Shown here: positions 27,641 to 37,786 of the stretch, one piece after another | Numbering within the stretch: the first letter of the stretch is position 1 | How the letters are laid out: each line of letters begins with the position of its first letter | NCBI GenBank assembly: GCA_028282585.1 | Contig: JANQHR010000097.1 | Span: forward strand, 44,638 to 108,637 | DNA length: 64,000 nucleotides | Direction of reading: 5' to 3' | Source of the DNA: Bacteroidales bacterium | GTDB lineage: Bacteria; Bacteroidota; Bacteroidia; Bacteroidales; UBA12077 | The notes under the pieces: model-generated | What the model saw: the letters and a program-made list of their open reading frames with translations, nothing else | Told to the model about the DNA's origin: nothing | Database searches by the model: none | Program-made: the position numbers and the translations under genes

Positions 27641-28204
27641 TTGCTGGGAACAAATATTAAAATCCTTTTAATAACGATACTTTTACTAAGTTCTGCATAT
27701 ATTGGGAAAGGACAGGAAATGCCCTCACCGGAAAATAATGTAAATCAAGAAATCTTATTAAAAGTTCATTCGCCACATAAGGCTACTATTTATTCCGCAC
27801 TAATTCCTGGTTTAGGGCAAATCTATAACAAAAAATACTGGAAACTTCCTGTTATCTATAGTGCTACTGGTATTTTTATTTATTATTTCAACTTTAATAA
27901 TAATGAGTATAATGCCTTTAAAACAGCTTACGCACAGATGGATGCAGAACAAATTACAAGCTTTAGAGGATATACTGAAAAAAATGTTCTACTTAATATA
28001 AAAGATAATTACCGCAGAAACAGGGATTTAAATGTGATCTCGCTAGCAGCTATTTATTTATTAAACATTGTGGATGCAACCGTTGATGCTCATCTCTTTA
28101 ATTATGAGATAAATGATGATCTTTCTTTAAATATTCAACCAGCCGTTAAACGATCAGTTGATTATCAAAATGCATACGGAATAGCGTTTAGAGTAACTTT
28201 TTAA
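27641..28204 (+). CDS. DUF5683-like membrane protein, commonly following parB in Bacteroidota
   Basis: SALIPGLGQIYNKKYWKLP, YRRNRD, NIVDATVDAHL. Confidence 0.75.
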   Translation: MLGTNIKILLITILLLSSAYIGKGQEMPSPENNVNQEILLKVHSPHKATIYSALIPGLGQIYNKKYWKLPVIYSATGIFIYYFNFNNNEYNAFKTAYAQMDAEQITSFRGYTEKNVLLNIKDNYRRNRDLNVISLAAIYLLNIVDATVDAHLFNYEINDDLSLNIQPAVKRSVDYQNAYGIAFRVTF

Positions 28205-28313
28205 AGAAAACCTTTAATCATTTTAACAATTTATAACAAAAATCGTTTCCTTTTTAAATAGAATTGTACTTATTTCGGGCTTTATACTAACTTTGACTTA
28301 TAAATCTTTAGAT

Positions 28314-29855
28314 ATGTTAAGAAATCTATTTTTAATTTCAATAGTATTAGTACAGTTTATTAACTGTAAGGCTAATTCAAACTTCACTAAAAAAGACTCT
28401 ATCAGATTCTATAATGAAATTAATGAAAGTTTTCAAACAAACCTTGATAGCCTAATTAATCTTTGGTATGTTAAGAATACAATAAAAACAGATTACAACT
28501 CAAATTATGATTCCTCTTTAATACCCGAATTCCCAGACTCAGTTTATATAGAACGATTACAAAATCTACCTTCAATAATTGATTTATCTTATAATAAAAT
28601 CGTTCGCAATTACATTCACGTTTATACAAAAAAAAGAAGAGAAAGTGTCGAAACTATGATTGGATTGTCGGATTATTACTTTCCTAAATTTGAAGAAATT
28701 TTCGAGAGTTATGGCATTCCAACAGAACTAAAATACATGGCAATAATAGAGTCTGCTTTAAACCCTAGAGCCGTTTCACGTGTTGGTGCCACAGGTATGT
28801 GGCAGTTCATGTACGGAACTGCCCGAATGTATGATTTAACTGTAAACTCATTTGTTGACGAAAGACGGGACCCTATAAAATCAGCTCATGCGGCAGCATT
28901 ATTTATGAAAGATCTTTATGCAATGTTTAACGATTGGACATTAGTTATTGCAGCATATAACTGCGGTCCTGGAAACGTAAATAAAGCAATTCGCAGATCA
29001 GGAGGCAAGCGCGATTTTTGGGAAATTTATTATCGATTACCAAGAGAAACGCGAGGCTATGTACCTGCGTATATCGCTGCAACCTATACTTTCAATTATT
29101 ATAGCGAACACAATTTAAATCCTCGTTATCCGGAAATTCCTATCGCAACTGATACAATCATGATTTCTGATAACTTACATTTAAAACAAGTATCAGAAAT
29201 ATTGGATTTGCCTCTAAAAACTTTAAGAGATTTAAATCCTCAATATAAAAGAGACATTATTCCTGCTAAAGGAACTCAATTCCCTATTACCATTCCAATG
29301 AATTTTACTGGCGCGTTCATTGATTTAAAAGATTCAATCTTTGCACATAAAGATTCTATATACTTTAATGCTGATAATACAATAAAAAATCCGAAACGTT
29401 CTTATTATGTTCCTCAACCTCCTGCCAACAAAGATAAGTTAATTTATACTGTAAAGTCAGGTGATAATCTTGGTTACATATCCGAATGGTATAATGTCAG
29501 GATTTCAGATATTCGATACTGGAACAATATCCGTGGGAATATGATCCGCGTGGGTCAGAAGTTAAATATTTATGTTCCAAAAGGAACTGCTTCAAAATAT
29601 TCTAATATTAACAAGCTTTCATTTGAACAAAAACAAAAAAGAATTGGAAAATCAACAGCAAGAACTGAAGAAGTAAAAAATGAGCCAAAAGATAAAAATT
29701 ATGTGTATTACAAAGTTCGCTATGGTGATACTCTCTGGGAAATAGCTAAGAAATATTCTGGTGTTACCGAAAATGATATCATGAAACTTAACAATATGAC
29801 CAGTGCAAAATCACTAAAGGCTGGGCAATACATTAAAATTAAACCAAAAGGGTAA
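28314..29855 (+). CDS. mltD: Lytic murein transglycosylase D with two LysM domains
   Basis: IESALNP, GMWQFM, AAYNCG, ETRGYVP; LysM motifs YTVKSGDNL and YKVRYGDTL. ATG at 28314 preferred. Confidence 0.9.
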   Translation: MLRNLFLISIVLVQFINCKANSNFTKKDSIRFYNEINESFQTNLDSLINLWYVKNTIKTDYNSNYDSSLIPEFPDSVYIERLQNLPSIIDLSYNKIVRNYIHVYTKKRRESVETMIGLSDYYFPKFEEIFESYGIPTELKYMAIIESALNPRAVSRVGATGMWQFMYGTARMYDLTVNSFVDERRDPIKSAHAAALFMKDLYAMFNDWTLVIAAYNCGPGNVNKAIRRSGGKRDFWEIYYRLPRETRGYVPAYIAATYTFNYYSEHNLNPRYPEIPIATDTIMISDNLHLKQVSEILDLPLKTLRDLNPQYKRDIIPAKGTQFPITIPMNFTGAFIDLKDSIFAHKDSIYFNADNTIKNPKRSYYVPQPPANKDKLIYTVKSGDNLGYISEWYNVRISDIRYWNNIRGNMIRVGQKLNIYVPKGTASKYSNINKLSFEQKQKRIGKSTARTEEVKNEPKDKNYVYYKVRYGDTLWEIAKKYSGVTENDIMKLNNMTSAKSLKAGQYIKIKPKG

Positions 29856-30485
29856 AATTTTCGGTTGTAGTTAGTATTTTTCTTAAAGTTGGGATTATGT
29901 AATGTAAACGCAATCGACAAAAATAAGTTGTAATAACAAATTCATAATCTTTATGTTTTAAAAGTTTCTGGTTTGTTATTAAATATACAGCAATCATTAA
30001 TAATATGCTATAGTTTAAAAAAACTCTTCACGCCACTTTATTCGCTTAAATACCAATGCCACAGGCATTAGTTAAGTTAATATTTACTACCCACAACCAT
30101 ACTAATACAACCAGCTATTTCGATTGTATCCTTGTAATTGTATGGCCTCTCATACATACCTTATGCTATTTAAATGCTCACCTTTTGAATCAGGTATAAG
30201 GTTTTAAGGGATCAGAATTTTCTTGTCGATACTAGTTTATCTTACAAGTTTTAATTTAACGATAGCAATAAATCATTCTTTCTAAAAAAGTTTATTCAAA
30301 ATCTTTCCTCCATTAACATTAAGCAAAATCTGCAACTCAAATTTTCTCTTGATTTAAGCAACTTAAAAGTGAACTTTCTATTTTATAATTTGTCAACTAA
30401 TTATTAGTCAATAAAACCGAATTTATGAGTTTATGCGAAAAAAGGGCATAAGCGGCAAATAGACAACTTTAAACACATAAATCTA

Positions 30486-30980
30486 ATGAAATTAATAAAT
30501 TATCTTTTAAGCCTGATATTAATATCAAATATTTTATCTACCTCCGCTAAAGGGCAATCAATATACAACTATACGTTTATTGATATGGAAGGAAGTGAAG
30601 TTGAGCTATCTGAACTTAAGGGTGAAAAACTCACTGTTCTTGATTTTTGGGCAACCTGGTGTAAACCTTGTATCAAATCAATTCCTAAACTAATTCAGTT
30701 ATCAGAAGAATTTAAAGATTCCGGCGTAAATTTCATTGGAGTTAACGAAGATAGTCCACGTAACAGTTCAAAAGTAAAACCCTTTGCATACTCTTTAGGC
30801 ATTACATACCCTGTAATACTTGATACTGATCAGGTTTTAATGAATGATTTATTAGTTAGTTCGCTTCCTACTTTAATTATTGCTAACGCTGAAGGCGAGA
30901 TTCTCTATACGCATATTGGTTATTCCAATAATGATGAAATAATCCTGAAACAAAAAATTGAGGCTCTTTTAAATGAATAG
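30486..30980 (+). CDS. TlpA-family thiol:disulfide oxidoreductase (exported)
   Basis: Signal peptide, DFWATWCKPC, cis-Pro loop SLPT. Confidence 0.9.
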   Translation: MKLINYLLSLILISNILSTSAKGQSIYNYTFIDMEGSEVELSELKGEKLTVLDFWATWCKPCIKSIPKLIQLSEEFKDSGVNFIGVNEDSPRNSSKVKPFAYSLGITYPVILDTDQVLMNDLLVSSLPTLIIANAEGEILYTHIGYSNNDEIILKQKIEALLNE

Positions 30981-32469
30981 ATATAAATACATAAAGCTAT
31001 CTGTAATTATAATTGTTTTTTCCACCAACGCTCATAGTCAGGGTGTTTTCAGAGGCAGTAATTTGTTAGAATACCAATTAGGAAATATTCCGGGTTTGGA
31101 GCCTGAATATCAATCATCATTATATGATCAACTAAATTTATCATACAAATTTAAATCAATCACTCTCCAAACCAGAATTGAACAGTATTACCCGTCTTTT
31201 GATGATAACAAAAGTTATACTAACATAAGTCAGTACAGAGCTAAATTTAAAACAGAAGAATTATCCATTGCAATTGGGAATATATATCCCTCTTTTGGGA
31301 GAGGGTTGTTATTAAGAACTTATGAGATTCCTGGTTCCATTTGGGAAGATCGAGGTTTTAGAGTAAGGTACGGATTCTACAAAGACCTTGAAGGAGCAGA
31401 AATAAATTATAAGCTGGGAAAATTTAAAATAAAAGGGGTTTATGGAAAAGTTTTAGATGTTACACTTCCCCCAACTTTAAGCAAAAACGAGCGCAGACCA
31501 GATTTAGTGCAGGGAGCAGAACTTAGTTTTCGGCATAAAAAACTTGGATTAGGAACCATTTTTATGAATCATAAGATTGCCGAAAATAATGATAACTATG
31601 TTTCTACATATATGAAAAGCGGGATTACAAAGAATTTATCTTTATATACAGAATTAGCTTTAAAAGCTGGATCCGATGCAGAACTTAAATTTGATAATGA
31701 TAGTACCTATGGTTTTTATTTTAGTTTAAACTACGTTAGGAAAAGACTAGGAATAAGTTTAGAATTAAAAGACTACAAGAATTTTTCAATAGGTTCAGGA
31801 ATATCTGACCCTCCAACCTTGGTTAAAGAACATTCTTATAAATTATTAAATAGAAGTACTCATGTTCCGATTTTATCTAACGAACGAGGTTATCAACTGG
31901 ATATTTATTACAGATTACCCAACAACAATCTTTTTACTTTTAATCATTCAATAGCTTATAACGAAATATCAGAGTCGAAATCGTATCTTTTTAAAGAATT
32001 TTTTACCGAGTACCAAACTCAATTTGGGGAACAAATATTAGCAAACTTCTTTTTAGATTATTCTAGTGATCCGTTTACAAATGAAGATAACAGATATTCC
32101 GGAGGATTTATTTTTGATATTAGCCACAATAAAGCAAATAGCATAATAGAAAGCCAAATACAATTTGTTGAAAGGAAAGTAATTGAAACAAGCAAATTTT
32201 ATAATTTTTATTTTTCTTATCAGTTTAATATCAGGAATAAACTAACTACATCGGCTCTTTTAGAAATAAGTAAAGATCCCTTTTTGTTAAATGAAAATGA
32301 AGAATACGCTTTTTATCCCGGAGGAACACTTTCTTACCGACCAAATAACAAACATAACATAATAATATTCTATGGAAAAAGAAGAGGTGGGCCGGCATGT
32401 AATTCCGGAATTTGTTATGATGTATTAGATTTCCAGGGTTTAGAAATCAGAATTTTGTCACACATATAA
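30973..32469 (+). CDS. Outer-membrane beta-barrel-like protein (DUF6029-like) with a C-terminal CxxxxC motif
   Basis: Signal peptide, alternating aromatic strands, FGRGLLLR, RRGGPACNSGIC. Family name is from recall. Confidence 0.6.
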   Translation: MNRYKYIKLSVIIIVFSTNAHSQGVFRGSNLLEYQLGNIPGLEPEYQSSLYDQLNLSYKFKSITLQTRIEQYYPSFDDNKSYTNISQYRAKFKTEELSIAIGNIYPSFGRGLLLRTYEIPGSIWEDRGFRVRYGFYKDLEGAEINYKLGKFKIKGVYGKVLDVTLPPTLSKNERRPDLVQGAELSFRHKKLGLGTIFMNHKIAENNDNYVSTYMKSGITKNLSLYTELALKAGSDAELKFDNDSTYGFYFSLNYVRKRLGISLELKDYKNFSIGSGISDPPTLVKEHSYKLLNRSTHVPILSNERGYQLDIYYRLPNNNLFTFNHSIAYNEISESKSYLFKEFFTEYQTQFGEQILANFFLDYSSDPFTNEDNRYSGGFIFDISHNKANSIIESQIQFVERKVIETSKFYNFYFSYQFNIRNKLTTSALLEISKDPFLLNENEEYAFYPGGTLSYRPNNKHNIIIFYGKRRGGPACNSGICYDVLDFQGLEIRILSHI

Positions 32470-32479
32470 ACTAAATGAT

Positions 32480-33268
32480 ATGAAAACAATGAAAATTTTT
32501 ACTTTAATAATATGTCTCCAAATTCTTAACTTTGCGCAAACTAATGTTTTAGCTCAAGGTGTTGGAGATTCTGCACCTGACTTTACATTAAACACAGTAA
32601 ATGGAAATGAATTTACTTTGTCTGATCATGCCGGAAAAGTAATATTTTTGTTTTTCTTTGGTTACAGTTGTCCACACTGCTTAGCTAATGGAAATAATAC
32701 TGAAACTGGTATCTATGATGCTTTTAAAGATAACTCAGATTTTGTGGCATTGGGAATTGATACATGGGATGGCAATAAATCGGGCGTTGAAAATTTTATT
32801 AATCAAACCGGCATTACTTATCCCGTTGCAATGACTGGGTCTTCGGTTCAATCTTTATATAGTACAACTTATGATCGTATTATTGTTATAGATCAAAGTG
32901 GCACTATTCAATTCAAGGCAACATCTAATGCAACGTCTGGTGTGGTAAGTGACGCAAAGCAGGTAATCGAAAGTCTTTTAACTACAACTTCCACTAATGT
33001 TTTCGGAAGTATAGGCCAATCTTTAAATATATATCCAATTCCAGCAAAGGAATCAATCTTTATAGAAAATCTGGATGCACGAATTGAATATGCAAATTTC
33101 GAAATTTTAAATATGTCAGGGCAAATAATTCGTTCAAATAATCTAAATTATTTGGGATCCGGTGAAACCATAGAATTACCTTTGAACGAATTAGACGGTG
33201 GAATTTATATTTTACGATTAAACAGCGAGCAAAATACTTATACCAGAAGGTTTATCGTTACAAAATAA
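32480..33268 (+). CDS. Redoxin (CPHC) domain protein with a T9SS type-A C-terminal sorting domain
   Basis: VGDSAPDFTL, GYSCPHC; C-terminal IYPIPAKE...GIYILRL...RRFIVTK. Confidence 0.8.
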   Translation: MKTMKIFTLIICLQILNFAQTNVLAQGVGDSAPDFTLNTVNGNEFTLSDHAGKVIFLFFFGYSCPHCLANGNNTETGIYDAFKDNSDFVALGIDTWDGNKSGVENFINQTGITYPVAMTGSSVQSLYSTTYDRIIVIDQSGTIQFKATSNATSGVVSDAKQVIESLLTTTSTNVFGSIGQSLNIYPIPAKESIFIENLDARIEYANFEILNMSGQIIRSNNLNYLGSGETIELPLNELDGGIYILRLNSEQNTYTRRFIVTK

Positions 33269-33437
33269 TTTAACGTATGTGGGAAGATGACATTATATAG
33301 AATCTTCCCATTTCTTACCTTAATTTTTAATACTACTTAATTATAATCAAAACAAAACATATTATTTATTTACCACTTATTTTAAAGAAATATTGATATA
33401 TTTAGAAATCAAATTGAAAGCATCCAAGTGTAACTAA

Positions 33438-34973
33438 ATGAAGCCTTACAAAATCTTTTTGTTTCTAATAAGTATTTTTATATTGCTTTTTGTTATATCG
33501 ATGGCTTTTCCTAAGGATGGAATCCAGATTAGAAATAATATCTTTCTTCGATTTCCTGATATCAGAAATGTACTTACGCCAGAAGAATCAAAATATGCGG
33601 ATATTTCAGAAATATTAAAATATCATCAAGAGGAAATTACTAAAAATATAGAAGATCTGGTATTAGATACTACCATAAATAATTCTGACTCAATTCTTGT
33701 TGCCGATTCTTTAAAAGCTGAAATTCCAAAAGATACAATCGTTAAAAACGAAATTAAAACCAAAATAACGACTAAAACACAACCAGGTGAGATTCTTCAA
33801 AGGCTTGAATATCCTAATAATAATCTAGAAACCTTATATCCCTTTTTCAATCATTTAAAAAACCTAAACCAATCCGGAGAACTTATAAGAATTTTACACT
33901 ATGGTGATTCTCAAATAGAAGGAGATCGTATCAGTTCTTATATTCGAAATGAGTTACAAAAACAGTTTGGTGGCTACGGTATTGGAATGTTTGCCCCCGT
34001 TATAATAAAAGGTACCAATATTTCAATGAACCTGGACCTGAATGGTACTTGGGAACGGTTCACAATTCAAAGTATTAAAAACGGAAATATTACCCATAAG
34101 CGACTGGGAGCCTTGATGAGTTTTGGCAGATTCGTGCCATTAAATTCATTTGAAAACAAAATGTATTTTGGAGAGATCAATTTATATAAATCAAATATTA
34201 CATATTTACGCACTCGAAAATTCAAAAAATGTAAAGTATTTTACGGATATAATGAAAAACCTTTCATTGCTGAATTAAAGTATAAGGAAAATACGCTTGA
34301 TGCGGAATTAATTGCAAGATCAAATCAATTAAGTACTATAACCTGGGATATTGAAGGAAGTTTAGATGAAATTACCATAAGTTTTAAAGGTGAGGATAGT
34401 CCTGATATTTACGCAATTGCTTTAGATGATCAATCCGGTATTGCCGTTGATAATATTCCATTACGTGGAAGTAGTGGAACCGATTTTACAAAAACTGACA
34501 TTGCTTTTCTTAGGTCTATGTATCAGCAAATTAATGCCAAATTAATTATAATGCAATTTGGTGTTAATCTTGTCCCCCACGTGGTAGATGACTATTCCTA
34601 TTATGAAAAACAATTTTATAAACAATTAAAAACCCTAAAAGGACTCAGGCCTGACATTTGTATTATCGTTATTGGGGTTTCTGATATGTCGCAAAATAAA
34701 TATGGAAGATTTGTATCCTATCCTAATATTGTAAAAATTCGAGAAGCACAGAAAAATGCTGCCTTTAAAGCAGGTTGTGTGTTTTGGGATATGTATGAAG
34801 CTATGGGTGGAGAAAACTCCATGCCATCATGGGTACATAATGATCCACCTTTGGCTAGAACTGACTATACGCATTTTACCTGGAAAGGATCAGTTGTAAT
34901 ATCAAAAATGTTTTTTGAAGCTTTAATGCATGATTATAATAAATTTCTGAAAATTGAGAATATTGATCATTAA
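33438..34973 (+). CDS. SGNH/GDSL family O-acetyltransferase/esterase (PatB/AlgJ-like)
   Basis: GDSQ, RGSSG, FGVN, DYTH; N-terminal TM; in an operon with an MBOAT gene. Confidence 0.7.
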   Translation: MKPYKIFLFLISIFILLFVISMAFPKDGIQIRNNIFLRFPDIRNVLTPEESKYADISEILKYHQEEITKNIEDLVLDTTINNSDSILVADSLKAEIPKDTIVKNEIKTKITTKTQPGEILQRLEYPNNNLETLYPFFNHLKNLNQSGELIRILHYGDSQIEGDRISSYIRNELQKQFGGYGIGMFAPVIIKGTNISMNLDLNGTWERFTIQSIKNGNITHKRLGALMSFGRFVPLNSFENKMYFGEINLYKSNITYLRTRKFKKCKVFYGYNEKPFIAELKYKENTLDAELIARSNQLSTITWDIEGSLDEITISFKGEDSPDIYAIALDDQSGIAVDNIPLRGSSGTDFTKTDIAFLRSMYQQINAKLIIMQFGVNLVPHVVDDYSYYEKQFYKQLKTLKGLRPDICIIVIGVSDMSQNKYGRFVSYPNIVKIREAQKNAAFKAGCVFWDMYEAMGGENSMPSWVHNDPPLARTDYTHFTWKGSVVISKMFFEALMHDYNKFLKIENIDH

Positions 34974-36138
34974 AATATTAATTCTATCAATTGCTATTTC
35001 AACTTATAGTCAAAATAGTTGTGATACATTATTGTTTTTAGATTGTAACAGAAATTTTATAGCGAGAACAGATAACGCAGAAGCATTTACTTTTATAGAA
35101 AAATTTGCGAAAATCGGCACTCAGAAAAAACCTATCAAGATTGTTCACCTTGGTGATTCACATTTGCAAGCCGGCTTTTTAACAGAAAAAATTAAACAAG
35201 GATTATTTCAAAAATTTATTACGGATACAATTGCTTCGCCAGGATTTATTTTTCCGTATACTATCGCTCAAACGAATAATCCGTTCTTTTATAAAGTGGA
35301 TTATACAGGAAAATGGGAATGGTGTAAAAATATTGACATAGAAAAAAAATGTAGCCTTGGCCTATCAGGAATTACAGTAAGAACTGAGGATTCTACAACA
35401 TCGTTCCAAATCAAAATGCAAAATAAAAAGTACAATTATCCTGTAAAATACTATTTCAATTCAGTAAGGCTATTTCATTCTTTAGATTCCGTTGATATTT
35501 ATGTAAATAATGTTAAAGCTAAAACACAAAATGGCATTTCTATAGTTAATCTGGAAAATCTTACAGACTCGATTTCAGTAAAGGTATTCACTACCGGAAA
35601 TAAAAACCAATTTGAATTATATGGTTTAATATTTGATAATTCTAGTGGAAGCATCAGCTATCATGCAATTGGAATAAATGGCGCCACAGCACAATCTTAC
35701 CTTAAATGTGATTATTTATCAAATGACCTTTTAAATATCGATCCGGATTTAATTATTATATCGCTTGGAACAAATGAAGCGTTCGATGTAGATTTCAATA
35801 TAATTGAGCATGAGTATATATTAAAAGATCTGATTTTTCAAATCAAAGATGTGGTTCCTAAAGCTAATATTTTGTTAACCGTTCCAAATGACCATTTCAA
35901 AAAGGGAAAATCAAATAAAAATGTTTTAGCTGTTCGAGAAAATATATTAAACGTATGCAACGAACTTAATTTATTAAGTTGGGATTTTTATTCGATTATG
36001 GGCAGTGAAAATTCTATTGAAAGCTGGTATAAAAAAGGATTAACAGGTGAAGATAAGATCCATTTCAAAAAGAAAGGGTATGAGGTGCAAGGAGAATTGT
36101 TTGTAAATGCATTAATTAAATTAGTTGAAAAGCACTAG
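34954..36138 (+). CDS. SGNH esterase, Ape1-like (O-acetylpeptidoglycan esterase-like)
   Basis: GDSH, GINGA, GTNEA and DKIHF blocks resemble Ape1. Confidence 0.65.
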   Translation: MRILIIKILILSIAISTYSQNSCDTLLFLDCNRNFIARTDNAEAFTFIEKFAKIGTQKKPIKIVHLGDSHLQAGFLTEKIKQGLFQKFITDTIASPGFIFPYTIAQTNNPFFYKVDYTGKWEWCKNIDIEKKCSLGLSGITVRTEDSTTSFQIKMQNKKYNYPVKYYFNSVRLFHSLDSVDIYVNNVKAKTQNGISIVNLENLTDSISVKVFTTGNKNQFELYGLIFDNSSGSISYHAIGINGATAQSYLKCDYLSNDLLNIDPDLIIISLGTNEAFDVDFNIIEHEYILKDLIFQIKDVVPKANILLTVPNDHFKKGKSNKNVLAVRENILNVCNELNLLSWDFYSIMGSENSIESWYKKGLTGEDKIHFKKKGYEVQGELFVNALIKLVEKH

Positions 36139-37673
36139 TGGATATTCTTAAAGAAATATTATTATATTCCGAGGCGAAGCCTTTGCTATTTAACAGGTTA
36201 TACTTCTGGGCTTTTTTTGGTTTTTTGCTTGGAATTTATTCTTTCATCTATAAAAAAAATCCATTAAGAAATGCTTACCTGTTTTTCATGAGTTTGTTTT
36301 TTTATTATAAATCAGGAGGATATTTCTTTACATTACTTGTTTTTTCAACAATTGCAGATTTTACGCTTGGGCAACTAATTTATAATTCGAAAACATCTTT
36401 AAAGAAAAAAATATTTGTTGCAACGAGTATTATTATCAATCTAAGTCTTTTAGGGTACTTTAAATACACATATTTTTTTACCGATATAATCAATAAAACA
36501 TTCCAAACTAACTTTGAGGTTTTCAATTACCTGGCCTCCTGGACAAATGATCTTACCGGATCAGGCTTTGATATCTCGAGGATTATATTACCCGTAGGAA
36601 TATCTTTTTATACTTTCCAAACAATAAGCTATACGGTTGATGTTTACCGAGGAAAAGTAAAGCCTGTCAAAAACATTATTGATTTTGGATTTTATGTATC
36701 ATTCTTCCCACAACTGGTCGCAGGACCTATTGTTAGGGCTTCCGAATTTGTACCACAACTCTACCAAAAGTATAAACTAACCAAACAAGAATTTGGCCAT
36801 GCTGTATTCCTCATTTTAAATGGATTGATAAAAAAAATGCTTATTTCCGATTACATTTCTATAAATTTTGTCGATCGAATTTTTGAATCTCCTACATCCT
36901 TCACAGGGTTTGAAAACCTAATGGCAGTTTATGGATATTCAATCCAAATTTACTGCGATTTTTCAGGTTATACAGATATCGCGATTGGAGTTGCATTATT
37001 ACTTGGGTTTAGATTGCCAATAAACTTTAACTCCCCATATAAAGCTATTAATATTACCGATTTTTGGCGAAGATGGCATATATCTCTTTCCACATGGCTT
37101 CGAGATTACCTTTACATCCCATTAGGAGGAAACCGTAAGGGAAAAACCAGAATGTACATAAACTTAATGATAACTATGCTACTTGGTGGTTTATGGCACG
37201 GGGCAAATATTCGATTTATTATTTGGGGAGGTTTACATGGCTTGGGATTAGTAATTCATAAACTTTGGGTAAAATTGAATCTTTCTTTAAGTAAATACTA
37301 TACTTCACGTTCCAGTAAAAATATTCTGTTTCGTTTTATCTCTGTCTTTACAACATTTCATTTGGTAACTTTTGCTTGGATATTTTTTCGAGCGGAAAAT
37401 ACGGATAAAGCTTTTGGAATGATTAGTCAAATCGCAAATAATTTTCAATTTAAGCTAATACCAATAATGTTTTCTTCATACATTAAGATTTTCTTAATAA
37501 CTATTTTGGGATTTGCAATTCACTGGTTACCTTCTCATTTTAAAGAAAATTATCGAGGATGGTTTATTAAATCTCATATTATGCTAAAAGTGATTATTGC
37601 ATCGTTAGTCATTTTTATTTTATATCAGGTTAAATCGGCCGAAATTCAGCCATTCATTTATTTTCAATTCTAA
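36138..37673 (+). CDS. MBOAT O-acyltransferase (AlgI/PatA family)
   Basis: LPVGISFYTFQ, FFPQLVAGPI, DFSGYTD, FWRRWHISLS, GLWHGA, FIYFQF. Confidence 0.92.
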   Translation: MDILKEILLYSEAKPLLFNRLYFWAFFGFLLGIYSFIYKKNPLRNAYLFFMSLFFYYKSGGYFFTLLVFSTIADFTLGQLIYNSKTSLKKKIFVATSIIINLSLLGYFKYTYFFTDIINKTFQTNFEVFNYLASWTNDLTGSGFDISRIILPVGISFYTFQTISYTVDVYRGKVKPVKNIIDFGFYVSFFPQLVAGPIVRASEFVPQLYQKYKLTKQEFGHAVFLILNGLIKKMLISDYISINFVDRIFESPTSFTGFENLMAVYGYSIQIYCDFSGYTDIAIGVALLLGFRLPINFNSPYKAINITDFWRRWHISLSTWLRDYLYIPLGGNRKGKTRMYINLMITMLLGGLWHGANIRFIIWGGLHGLGLVIHKLWVKLNLSLSKYYTSRSSKNILFRFISVFTTFHLVTFAWIFFRAENTDKAFGMISQIANNFQFKLIPIMFSSYIKIFLITILGFAIHWLPSHFKENYRGWFIKSHIMLKVIIASLVIFILYQVKSAEIQPFIYFQF

Positions 37674-37786
37674 CTAATGTTAAAAATTTGTAAAAACTGC
37701 AAATATTAACTCCGGCAATTTCTGATTTCTGATTTTCTTGCTTAAATTTTACTACTTTTGTCCCCTACTAATTTTAAGTTAAATTT

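Noticed and set aside
25709-28292. parS site near parAB
   Set aside because: No TGTTNCACGTGAAACA-like palindrome seen. The CACGTG cores at about 34578 and 60120 lack the flanks and lie in coding DNA.
30486-33268. Selenocysteine recoding in the redoxin genes
   Set aside because: Both active sites are ordinary CxxC within uninterrupted ORFs; no in-frame TGA.
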